A stretch of 64,000 nucleotides of DNA from IMG/VR virus record IMGVR_UViG_3300037067_013691; one strand, 5' to 3'. Below, one piece after another: positions 63,851 to 64,000 of this stretch. Position 1 is the stretch's first letter, and each line of letters begins with the position of its first letter. Origin of the DNA: an uncultured virus (IMG/VR IMGVR_UViG_3300037067_013691) (Duplodnaviria > Heunggongvirae > Uroviricota > Caudoviricetes). Position numbers and translations under genes: made by a program. Below the pieces are notes generated by a model, which was given only the letters and a program-made list of their open reading frames with translations, had not been told where the DNA came from and did no database searches.

Positions 63851-64000
63851 TTAAGTCAAACCCTGAGCAGCTTTGGCGATCAGGATAAATAGAAGGATTA
63901 TAATTGCTAAAGCAACTACGATACCAACTATTTCGCATACCAAGGTCTCTTCGGTTGTAGACCAACCAGTGGTATTCTCGCAAAGAGAAGTGGCAATTCC
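63851..64000 (-). CDS. C-terminal half of a small hydrophobic protein (candidate major virion protein), cut by the window edge
   Basis: ..GIATSLCENTTGWSTTEETLVCEIVGIVVALAIIILLFILIAKAAQGLT*. Confidence 0.6.
   Translation of the reverse strand, partial: GIATSLCENTTGWSTTEETLVCEIVGIVVALAIIILLFILIAKAAQGLT

Noticed and set aside
1..64000. Alternative genetic code suggested by the many tiny ORFs
   Set aside because: ORFs abut with their own SDs, use all three stops, and very long ORFs are open in code 11

Overview
AT-rich, gene-dense 64 kb segment of what looks like a large virus or virus-like element. The host appears bacterial: there are many TTGACA-N16-18-TATAAT-type promoters, GGAG Shine-Dalgarno sites, and YtxH- and YopX-like genes. 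I see no terminase, portal, HK97 capsid, tail or lysis genes, and no polymerase or integrase. Layout: (i) 1-24 kb is a mosaic of tiny accessory genes in alternating +/- blocks with clear internal paralogy. It carries a 2.8 kb IS1595-family transposon with 24-bp terminal inverted repeats whose cargo is a Dam-like methyltransferase plus a HaeIII-family endonuclease. (ii) 24-38.7 kb (-) holds membrane proteins, a Zot/pI-like P-loop ATPase and many very basic micro-proteins. (iii) 38.8-39.3 kb is a non-coding divergence point with helically phased CGTCGATA repeats (candidate origin or packaging site). (iv) 39.4-46.4 kb (+) is an early-like island driven by three near-identical promoters. (v) 47-64 kb (-) is a putative virion module: a ~3,250-aa multi-enzyme protein (2H phosphoesterase, ART-like, Nudix-like), sequon-rich membrane-anchored FN3-like proteins and small two-helix hydrophobic proteins. 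This module resembles enveloped or spindle-shaped archaeal viruses more than tailed phages. All family calls come from motifs recognised by eye; no searches were run.
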